Positions 1 through 10,116 of a stretch of DNA of 60,284 bases are shown here, one piece after another (the first letter of the stretch is position 1; every line of letters starts with the position of its first letter). The notes below the pieces were generated by a model that saw only the letters and a program-made list of their open reading frames with translations, was not told where the DNA came from and did no database searches. The stretch is from Nemertoderma westbladi. Taxonomy: Eukaryota; Animalia; Xenacoelomorpha. The position numbers were made by a program, and so were the translations under genes. The stretch is from assembly GCA_032718475.1 (NCBI GenBank), contig JAUCBJ010006232.1:1-60284 (forward strand), written 5' to 3'.

Positions 1-590
1 ATAAATCGTACTACTTTATTCTGAGCTACTTGTAATTTACATTTAAGCTGTTTGGTTAAGCCTTCATACCAAGAAGAGCACGCATAGTCCATGTGACACT
101 GTATTAAAGAAGAGCAGAGTAACTTGCGGGAGTCGGTGTTTAAACTATTTTTATTTCTGTATAGAAACCTAAGCCTACTGTTAACTTTCGAGAAAATATT
201 TTTCACTGTGATTTCTCCTGATAAGCAGTTATCCAATGTGGCGCCTAAATATTTAACTTCCTTTTTATTTTCAATCTTATGTCCATTACTAGTGACTTAA
301 AACTTAGTTACCTTCTTTAACTTTCTTTTGGAACCAAACAAAATACTTTCAGTCTTACCGTAGTGAATGGATAGCTTATTATCAACCAACCACTCATTAC
401 AGGATTCTAGAACTGCACTTAACTTTTGGGAAATATGGATAGGATCTTTATGAGAGAAAATAAGAGCACTGTCGTCGGCATTTAAAATGAGTTTAAAATC
501 GGGATCTACACTACTTATCATATCATTTACATAGCATACAAAAAGCAGAGGACCTAATATACTACCTTGCGGTACACCACAGGTAATCTC
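1..590 (-). mobile_element. Non-LTR retrotransposon (CR1/L2/Crack group) reverse transcriptase fragment, continues off the window edge
   Basis: Minus-strand translation gives ITCGVPQGSILGPLLFVCYVNDM, LILNADDS (YADD-like), KTESILFG, VKYLGATLD and LIQCHMDYACSSWY. In-frame stop at ~297-299. Confidence 0.9.
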
Positions 591-689
591 TTGTACAATA
601 CTTGTACAATAAGTTTTACAATACTCTTCACCTTCATTAGCCTTGTTGCGTTCGTCCTGTTTTGTCTTAAAATAAATTCTCTAAACGGA

Positions 690-900
690 GACTAAAGACC
701 TTTATAACTGTGCAAAGTCTCGAAACTGTGAGAGTAACTGCTGATTTATGGCAGATGGATACTCGTATCCACTGTCGATTCTTTCTAAACTTTTGCCGGA
801 CTACATACGTAACAAGTTTGGTTTAATTTCATCGAGGAATAACCGAGTTATTAGCGATCTAAAATTTACAACGACGACGATGATGACGACACGGACATGT
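690..900 (-). mobile_element. Helentron/HINE-like non-autonomous repeat, inverted copy
   Basis: 781-900 is the near reverse complement of 1240-1368 (ctttc.aaactttt..cggactacatacgtaacaagttt...gaataaccgagttattagcgatc). 705-775 matches the reverse complement of 1770-1835. (GTC)n-like microsatellite present. Confidence 0.55.
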
Positions 901-1061
901 CCCTCAAAAGCCAAAAATGTTCCTCTAAAGCGTATGTTGGCTGAAATGAAGTGAAATGGCTTTGGATGGACAGGTTATATGTATATATATATATAACATG
1001 TATTATAATAACATTGTCGCTGTGAGGGTAAGATTCTGGCGGATTGTCCTCTGCATATAGG

Positions 1062-1096
<35 letters not shown>

Positions 1097-1187
1097 TTCA
1101 ACCAAATCTGAATTGATCACTCTCCAGAGGAAAATCGACGCAAATGCAAACAACAGCAGATTACTCTCTAAAATAAAATTGTAATGG

Positions 1188-1445
1188 GCGAGCCACGAGG
1201 TGAGCGAAGCCTTAGCATGTGGGTGCCATTAATGAGTTGTCTGTCGTCGTCTGTCGTCGTCATCTGTCATCGTTGTCGTCGTAAATTTTTGATCGCTAAT
1301 AACTCGGTTATTCCTTGATAAATTAAACGAAACTTGTTACGTATGTAGTCCGTCAAAAGTTTGGAAAGGTTACAACTCGTTAATGGGGCCCCTATATGCT
1401 AAGGCTTTGCTCACTTCGTGCTGCGCGAAGACCCCACGAACGTGT
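1188..1445 (+). mobile_element. Helentron/HINE (DINE-1/CvA-like) non-autonomous element
   Basis: Subterminal inverted repeats (gagcgaagccttagcat...attaatgagttgt at ~1202-1240 versus acaactcgttaat...tgctaaggctttgctc at ~1372-1411) and an internal gtcgtc/ctgtc microsatellite. Further partial copies at ~1693-1835, 2253-2285 and 2421-2447. Confidence 0.55.
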
Positions 1446-1840
1446 TTATTGAGTTTAGTTTATTGTTTTGGTTATAATATCGTGCCTCTGTAACTTGCTC
1501 CTTTCCATAAATAGATATTGGTAATTTGAGTCAAGACCCCCCCCCCCCCCCCCCCCTCCCCCCTGTCTCGTTCTCTGATGCTAATTTAACAGTCGCTAAT
1601 TCTATACACTACTAATTTATACAACGAATCTCTTCCCACCTACCTATGTGGGGCGACCTACGAAGTATGAGATCCTTAGTATATGGATACCAGAGTTGTC
1701 TGTCGTCGTAAATATTTGAACGCCAATAATCATCTGAGGTTTGGTAAAAAACAAACGAACGCAAAGAGTTTTACAGTGGATACGAATATCCATCTGTAGT
1801 TACTCGCACACTTTCGAGAATTTGCATAGTTAAAGTGTCT

Positions 1841-2050
1841 CCGGACAATTTGTACCTGAAATTTTTTTGACGGTACGAATTGTCCGGATATTGACTAGTG
1901 AAAGTACACTATATTGATTTTTAAACTATCTAGTACGAATTGTCCAGATACGAATTGTCCAATACGAATTGTCCGGGTACGAATTGTCCGGGTACGAATT
2001 GTCCGGGTACGATTTGTCCGGGTACGATTTGTCCGTGTACGAATTGTCCT
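1841..2050. repeat. 15-bp tandem repeat (ggtacgaattgtccg) with one inverted unit; probable foldback/MITE remnant
   Basis: 8 tandem units at 1932-2050, one more at 1872-1887, and an inverted unit ccggacaatttgtacc at 1841-1856. Confidence 0.85.
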
Positions 2051-2572
2051 AAGTTCATCATAAAGGTCGTCACTCTGCGTTTGGGAAAAATAATTTTAAA
2101 CAAAACAGGAAGAGCGCAACGAGGTTAATGAAGGAGACGAGTATTGTTTTGACTATATCCGTAAACAACTTGTTTAGCACATTGGAAGATATGTCATTTT
2201 GTATAATCGGATAATCCTTTCTCGAATTTAACCGTTCTAGGTTTAGTCGAATCTCGTGCAGCGCGAAGGCCCCATGAACGTGTTATAATGCGGGCAAAAA
2301 TTATATTATCTTATTATTTAAGGGGAGTGAGTAACTCCCTCTTTCTACAGTATAACTGATTAGCGGTTTGTTTAATTTCATAACAGATTTTGTGATAGAA
2401 TCGAATTGTGATAACTGAGATCATGTGCGAAGGCTTTTCGAACGTGTACAATTGGTAGGCCTACAACAACTACACTCATTTTAGCTATATGCCTCACAAT
2501 CAATGCCACTAACATCCAAAAATAGGCTAATCCTGTTTATTATTTTTAAAATATATAACAAAGTTCATAAGG

Positions 2573-3401
2573 ATGGCAAATCAAACTGTTGTCATGAAAC
2601 TTAGGACGATGCGACAGCAATTTGCAAACAATTTCTGTTTGGTTAGCTTCTCTCAATTGAAATTAGCCGATGCATTCCCTCTAACATCCGTTTCTAGCTA
2701 CCAGCAGATAGCTACAACAGCAGAGCTAGACCAAAGTAATTGCTATCGATTGTTGCGCGCAATGACTCTAACTGATATTGTCTACCAAAACCCAGACAAT
2801 CCCGACGAGTTTGGCTTAACTGAATTGGGTCTGAGTTTTCGCAATGAGAGTCCACTGCATGCCAGCGAAATGATGAGCTTGTATGGTTTTCGGCAAGTGG
2901 GTGAGGCATGTTATTATGATAGTGGATGTTGGCGGTAATCATGGAATGCTAATGCGTAAAATCAATCCAATTACTAAGAAGTCTTCAAGAATGATCATTC
3001 AAGACACGAAACATGTTGTTGCAACTGCTGGGTATATCAAAGGTTTGGAATTCGTGGCAATGGATATGTTTGAGGAGGTTGTTTCTGGTGGCGATTGTTA
3101 CATATTAAAATATATTTTACATGATTGGAGTGATGATGATTGTATTGTTATCTTGAATAACATCAGCGCTGCGAGTCGTCCTAATGCTACTGTTCTCATT
3201 ATTGACGAAGTAGTACCGCGCTCTGGGGCAAATAAACAGCGGTTGTCGTTTGATTCGGAAATGTTATGCTTATCGACTTCAGGGAAGGAAAGAACGCGAA
3301 GTGATTTCGAAACACTCATGCGAAACACGGATGTTGAAATCATCAACATATTTCCCATAGAGTCAACAGAACTCTCTATTATTGTTTCCCGGAAGAAATA
3401 G
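2573..3401 (+). pseudogene. SAM-dependent O-methyltransferase (Methyltransf_2 / ASMT-COMT class II), intronless, internally deleted and frameshifted
   Basis: ORF 2573-2938 encodes a winged-helix dimerisation region (YRLLRAM...FGLTELG). Overlapping ORF 2883-3401 has IVDVGGNHG, DMFEEV..GGDCYILKYILHDWSDDDC and GKERT. The central helical segment between the two domains is missing and no intron-sized gap joins the frames. Confidence 0.85.
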
Positions 3402-3780
3402 ACAATTAATTGAAAGATTAGGAAAAATATCATACAGAAAATAACTCAATAAAAATAATCTGAAAAGGATTGAATCTCTTCTGTATGACATGAATTATAT
3501 TCTCCCGGTATCGTATAGTTTATTATTGGTTATGGTTATTTAAGGTTATGTGGGTTATATATGTATGTATTTTATTGACTACAAATTATTAAACAAAATT
3601 CATTATTACTAAAACCAAACCAACCTACTCATTATCCTAAAACCTAAAGATAAATAATATATACTATTCGCGACTTATTGCACTGTAGTCCATGGAATAT
3701 ATTACTAATTTACCGCACAGTGTACCTAAAATCAAACAATTAATTCAATAATATTACCATTAATACGATTTCTACGTAAG

Positions 3781-4070
3781 ATATTAATAATATACAATTT
3801 GGTGATATAATATTTATTAATATACACTTTGGTGATATAATATTTATTAATATACACTTTGGTGATATAATATTTATTAATATACACTTTGGTGATATAA
3901 TATTTATTAATACACACTTTGGTGATATAATATTTATTAATATACACTTTGGTGATATCATATTTATTAATACACACTTTGGTGATATAATATTTATTAA
4001 TATACACTTTGGTGATATCATATTTATTAATACACACTTTGGTGATATAATATTTATTAATATACACTTC
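3781..4070. repeat. 30-bp AT-rich minisatellite (tatttattaatatacactttggtgatataa), ~9.5 copies
   Basis: Directly visible tandem array. Confidence 0.95.
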
Positions 4071-4896
4071 TGACAATAATAAATCGTACAAGCATATACT
4101 GCAATTTGCTTCCAACAATGAAATAAAAAAAAAGCTATACACAGCTAATTTGTAAATAGATACAATTTTGTTAATACAAACCCAAACACTACTCCCTTCT
4201 GGATCTGTCGCTGGCAATGAATAATAGTTTAAATCCCAAATAAAGTCGTGAAATATCCTAATTAATTGTTGTTAAGATGGTCAGAATAACTGACGCAAGG
4301 TTAGAACCCCTAACTGGTAGATGTTAAAGTCTTAAGTGCTATTAAAATTGGAACAAATGACGTTCACCATTAGAACTACAGACGCTTTTAGATGAAACCC
4401 ACAGGTAGTTTTCTACATAATTTTTTTTTCCACCATCTGTTGCTCTATTGGACGCTTTTTAGTGTTTTGATACTTTTTTTGTACTTTAAGATTTGATTGT
4501 TGATTTGATTATATTTTGTATTGTTTTAGTTAATTATTGTTATTTGTATGTATTACCGGTTATGGTTGGTTATTCGTTTTGTATTTATTATTATTATTGT
4601 CAAATTTACTATGTTAAAACAGAGGCAGCAGTCAATAAACTAACTAACTAACTAGTACAAAATGTTCTTCTTCTTCAATAGAGCCTGAATAAATTCCAAC
4701 ATAGCGTCCCTTCCCAATGGCTAAGTTGTGTGAAGATCTACCCAGGCGTGAGTAAGCGTGTAAATCACCCGACTGACTAAGCACAATCATAGATATCTGG
4801 ACGTATCAGTTCAGGGTTGATTAAGAGGTATCTCTATTGCAGCTACGTGATACTATCTGTATCTCGGGCCCAAGCGGCTAAAAACGATTCAGATCT

Positions 4897-4918
4897 GGAT
4901 CGAAAACTCCTGCTACCA
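4897..4918 (-). promoter_or_regulatory. Primer-binding site complementary to the initiator tRNA-Met 3' end, next to a putative LTR end (...TTACA at 4920)
   Basis: Minus strand reads CCGTTACA-G-TGGTAGCAGGAGTTTTCGATCC. The complement of animal tRNAi-Met is TGGTAGCAGAGGATGGTTTCGATCC. Confidence 0.65.
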
Positions 4919-4919
4919 C

Positions 4920-5440
4920 TGTAACGGAAACGTGGTACTATCTCTATATGTAGGTGCCGGTCCTACCAGGGAAGTAAATATCAGGGAGTAAAACACGCAG
5001 GGAAATATAATAATAACAAGCATTATTATAAAAGTAAGAAAAGTAAAAAAAAGCTTTGTACTGATTGACTGATTGTTAGATAACTTCTCTAACAATTGAA
5101 TTGAGATGTATATACTAAGCAGTACTCTATGGTTCCAAGATACCATAAGGAGACTGCAAGGTATACAAATTGGACAGATTCCGGAGAGAAGTCGGTATAT
5201 GTATGATGTCTGATATTGTATAACGACCCTCGAAAAGTAATTAATACGAGAGTGGAATAAGATTCTGAACCAAATCCTATAACTCGTCAAGATCATAGAC
5301 TCAATACGAGAGTGGAGCAACATTCGAAGCATATAACTCGTCGGGAGTCAGACTCAATACCGGGAGTCATATCAAAGGTTTAATACGGACCAGTGTAAGA
5401 TAAACACACCCACGTAGCCGTCAAGAACCAATAATATTAA
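4920..5440 (-). mobile_element. Putative LTR segment with internal ~55-bp degenerate tandem repeats (other LTR boundary not resolved)
   Basis: TG..CA end adjacent to the PBS. Three related units (tataactcgtc...agactcaatacgagagtgga) at ~5218-5370. Confidence 0.4.
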
Positions 5441-6534
5441 TAGGTGGGAACCACGTTGTTAGCGCATTTGATAAAATATGTTCTTTCACTCTCAATTTTC
5501 ATATATTTTGACTCTTTTCTGTTACTTAATAAACCATGCAAAATGAAGGCAAAATGTCCGGTCTGATCCAATGAACGGAATGGCGCTAGTGTACCTTCAA
5601 CGAAGGCCGCTCTAGTATATCTGTTTATTTACCCTTTTTCCCTTCGATGTATTGATTTGCTCTATATTTCATTTAGTTCGGTACGGTATTTGATTATCTA
5701 TTGTATTTAACTGAGATATTGAGATATGATACCTGGAGGGTGTGGCAACACAGTATAACAAGAAAAAGACTGACTAATTAATTCTGTAAGGACTCAAGTC
5801 TGGTGATTGTGTTTCCCTTTAGAGGAAACGTATTGTGACAAGTCTTTGGGTCTAATTATATTGATATCGCTACATTATTCAATTTGTGACAACTCTCAAT
5901 CGTGATACAATTAATAATAAGTGCTTTTCTTATATTAATGGTCTGAAATATCGCCATTTATTAATTATTTAGTAGAGATATGACAACACACAAATCAGAT
6001 ACAATTGTCCAGAATATCACTGATACTTAGTTACAGCAACCCACCTGTTGTGGCGCGTGTAAAACGTCCTTGATTCTGTAATATCGGCGATATATTAAGC
6101 AAATAATAATGACAAATTGAATTTACCAGTAGAATATCCAATATAACGATAAATAATTATAATTCAATTATTAACTCTTTAAGTTTAGACCTTAGGCCTG
6201 TAATAACCACCAGTCAATTATACCTGACCGGGGTTCAGTGCCTCTGTAAGGGCAAAGCGACTTCTTCTGTCCAACAATAACAAAAAGAGTGAATAAACCA
6301 CAGAACTAATCGTACTTATATATCAGCTTATCAGTAAGGAGCATAGCCAATAAGGTGGATCCTTATACAAGCCGTATACAAACCTTAATACAAGTTGGAT
6401 ATGCAGATAATGGCACTAGATGGCGTCAAAACCCTTAGTAAAGCATAATTTAACCAAAATAGTCGATATTATATCGTAACCGTCCTTATCAATATAAAAT
6501 TGTGTTTTGAGCTTAAAATTAGAAAAATAAGTAA

Positions 6535-7310
6535 TCTAAAGGCAGAATTCATGAATGCAGCAACACCGCTTCCATTCATTTAGCTACCAGGGTGTTAATT
6601 TTAAGGTAGAGGTTCAAATCACACATAGAAGAAGGTCTAGTAAGTAAATAGTTCAATTGACAATATCAAACTCAATTATATGGGACATACGTAACCAACA
6701 TATAAAAATATCTCAACTCGTGAACAAAATTAAATCGAGTAGATTAGTGAATATCTATCACTTCTAAATAAGCAAACTATAGTGCCAAAGACTATCTAAT
6801 AGATATATAAAAGGTTTCAGCTTGTGAAAAATTATTGTGATCAAATTAAATGAATTATTGGGTACCAATTACTTTTAAATAAGGAAACTGTGGTGCTAAA
6901 GAGTATATCTAATACATATAAAATGTCTCAGCTCGTGAACAAATAAGCTAAATGAATTATTGGGGATACCACTTACTTATTTTACGTATAATATAAAGTA
7001 GGAATATAAGTCATATAAAGTAGAATAGCCATAATAAAGGTAACCAGAAAAAATAACGTTTATTTCCGGGTTCTTTTTCTTTTTGGGGGTCGATTGCAAC
7101 GTTTCGGTGGCGAGGAGCCATTACCAGGTTCCGGAGGTGGAGAACCTTGCACTTGTAGCCCCTCAGCGGCGGAAGGATGAAGTTCCAATGAGTCAGAAAT
7201 GGGTGCGACAGTTCGTACGGTTGGTCCACCAGTAGATGTTCCCGGTTGAGGTTCGCTAACCACGATTGATGTGGGAACAGAACAGCGGAATAACTTTACA
7301 TGGGCTAACG
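6535..7310 (-). repeat. Retroelement 3' block, copy 1 (3' UTR plus C-terminus of an accessory ORF)
   Basis: Colinear with 21635-22170 and 22815-22900, e.g. aaggcagaattca..aatgcagcaacaccgcttccattcatttagctacca and gcacttgtagcccctcagcggcggaaggatgaa. Shared peptides QPGTSTGGPTV and HPSAAEGLQV. Confidence 0.9.
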
Positions 7311-8419
7311 TGATCGCGCAATCCGCTGTAAATTCGCGGATTAATCCCACAATCTGATATATTTCAGAAGGGATCGAGTCGAAAGATATTGAACTCTGTT
7401 ATATGGTCACAATATTTCTGCAGGGGCTACGAAATCAATCTACGCTGCAGGCGGGATGCTCGGGTTTCGTTACACAATGTTGACCGAGCAAGACGATATG
7501 CGGGTGGTCCTGTGTCCCATAGCACGGGGAATGGAGAGGACGTCTTTCGAGGTAATTATCCCGAATTAAAGTCTTTATTTGATCAGCTCGACCGGGAGGA
7601 GCGATAATCCATTCATCAGTATCGTCGCATATAGGCTCTACGATGTGAGTTTACAACATTGGAGCATCCACAACTAAATTGGGGTTAGATATGTAAGGTT
7701 GGACAATTGTATACGCTTCACACGAACTCACACTATATATTAATTATTAACACGATTTAGCTTAATTTAAGGGTCATTCACGTATTTTAATTTAATTTAA
7801 AGTCAAAATACGGTTCAAAAGACTTATTTAATATTTACCAGAATGTCACTGTTTTGTGTATCCATGATAACAGGTTGAGTTTCTGTAATGCAAACTGTAC
7901 TAAAAGGAGACATTCACAGTTATACGGACACCATTTGTGTTTTCAGAGAAACACGTTGTTTCAGTTTTTATTAATCCAAATTGTTTGGTGAATGTAGAAA
8001 TTAGAACGCTCAGCTCTCACACTTATTTCACACTAGTAACTACTGTAATAGTTATTTGATCATTTATAGCGATATTTAATTTGGGATGTTTTAATTTTGG
8101 TTATTATTATTAATTTGTATTAAATACAAAATATTTTGACATTTTTTTCGCATATTTCTATGCCCGTAACGTCACACAAGTCCACTTCCACGATTGAGTA
8201 TTGTCGTTAGTAATTAGTCATTTATTTTGAATTATTTAAGTTTTAAGTCAAATAATTTACTGTTAAATTAAATTGTTGCACATGTTGCGATCATATACAA
8301 CGTACAATTAACATAAGTAGGTTTTAAGTAGGTGCGCACCATAGTCTAATACTAATACCTACACTGTATCAAATGGCTAATAAATAATTACACACTCAAT
8401 TGTAACCCTTTATAAGACG

Positions 8420-9120
8420 TTACACCAGTTTATATGTCAGACTGCTTGGCCTAACCCATCGTTGCCCGTAGCTACCAGAACGTTCCCTTGCCAGTTCTAA
8501 TAGACAAAGGCGGCCGGTTGGTCTATTGAAATAGTGTACCTTTGGCTTAAACGGTGGATGATAGTAGTCAATTCTTTTCTTTTGAGGTGGCGCTTCTGAC
8601 TGCGTCACTGGTCCGCCACAAATCACCCGGCAAGGTATACAACTTCGCAATGTCCGGCCCAGAGCTGCACGAGGGCCGACAAAACAGTAACGCATCCCTA
8701 TCTCACTTAATATGTCGTGTAGTGTCGATGTCGTGTATCAACTTTGTTTGAATCTCGGGATCGAATATTAATATTGGGAACATAGTGCCTCTGGAAATAG
8801 GAGCGTTGGTAAGATGACCTCCAACACGAATTAATCCATTAATCATAGTACCTGAGAATTTATCCGACAATGGAGTCAAAGGATCGACGCTGAGATGATT
8901 ATATTCCTCAGGTCTCTCAAGTTTCTGTGAAAGTCGTAACAGTTGTAAATTAGATTTATCAACTTCAGTGGGTGACAAGCCTACTACAGGTATATTATTA
9001 GTACTATATCTGTAGTGGAATAGTTGTTTCAGAATAGTTATAGCCCTACATAATTTATCCCATGAGCTATAATGGTTCATGGCGCGGGCTATTAGTGGGG
9101 ATAGACCTACTTTAATGTTA
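8420..9120 (-). pseudogene. pol remnants: post-RNase H linker, integrase zinc-binding part and integrase C-terminal tail
   Basis: YSSWDKLCRAI, GLIRVGGHL..API...FPIL, YCFVGPR...LRSCIPCR...P..Q and RPTGRLCLLE. No DDE core in between. Confidence 0.7.
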
Positions 9121-9479
9121 GGTAAGTCTGATTGATTTTGAAATAATCGGGGGGGGGGGGGGGGGGGTGTCTGGGACAGCTTCAGTCCGGGAGTGAATAC
9201 TCAAAAGGGGGTCTGAGTTTGGGCTGTCCAATTTGTTTACATAATTATTGGTTACTTGTGTCAATGGGTTCTCCATATTCGTCCGTATTACATCGGGATG
9301 TCGGTTGATTGTTTTTGCTGGGTTTCCTGGATTCACCGCAAAATTTTGAAAACTTTGTCCCAAAATTAGGTCCTCCCACCGCGAATTCCTCCGCTTCCAC
9401 TATATAACCGGGTTTAGGAGAATGGATGTAATTAGTTGTTATGTTTTCTGAATGAATTTGTTAGTTGATATAGTCTCAC

Positions 9480-9960
9480 TAGACATTCTTTCGTTTAAAG
9501 TCTTTATCGATGGGCCAGTGCAGAACCAACCGATTCTGGTTCTGCCAGCGTGTGGTTAAAGGCAGAGGGGAACTAGGGAGTTTTATAAATTTCCAGGGCC
9601 TCTGGCGCGTTCTGGCCGATTAATAATTGAACTCTGGGTCGATCGCTTTCATATCGAGGGATGTTATTACGTTTCACAAAGTCATCGTTGTCCCAGTTAT
9701 ACGCAGGTGCTTGACTATTTGTAAAGTTCTTAATCGCAACCACCTTAATGTTGTTCAATTTACATATTTCATTTATATCACCGGGGTCAGATAAAGAAAT
9801 TTGGTAATAACGAGTTTGTATAACTGATTGCCAGGTCTGCATTACGCCGGATAGATTTAATTTCATTGGATGTCCGCCTGCCTTGCTAAATAACTCCTCT
9901 GCAAGGTCTTGATCAATGAAGGATCCAGAGCTTCCTGTATCCATTAGGGCGTTTACGATG
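9480..9960 (-). pseudogene. Retropepsin-type aspartic protease of the BEL/Pao element
   Basis: VNALMDTGSSGSFI catalytic motif, VQLLIGQN, and frameshifted HAGRTRIGWFCTGP. Confidence 0.85.
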
Positions 9961-10116
9961 ACGATACGGTTGTTTCAGTGTAGTCAAACTTGCATAATGG
10001 GGAATTCTCTAACACCGAGCGATTTTGGGTCAGAGGTCTATAATGATATATGACGGTTTATAGGCTGTTATGGGGGTAATGGTGGCTCATACGTGATGGC
10101 TGTACAGACCACTACA

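Noticed and set aside
1059-1094. Poly-G/poly-C runs (also ~1537, 9148, 29685, 33683, 42136, 42249, 52062) giving poly-Pro/Gly ORFs
   Set aside because: Common low-complexity tracts linked to repeat ends; lengths are unreliable and there is no coding support.
2890-2925. Tiny intron rescuing the methyltransferase frameshift
   Set aside because: Available GT..AG spans are under 30 nt and the central domain would still be missing.
3732-4217. Repetitive ORFs (YINKYYITKV)n
   Set aside because: Translation of the 30-bp minisatellite.
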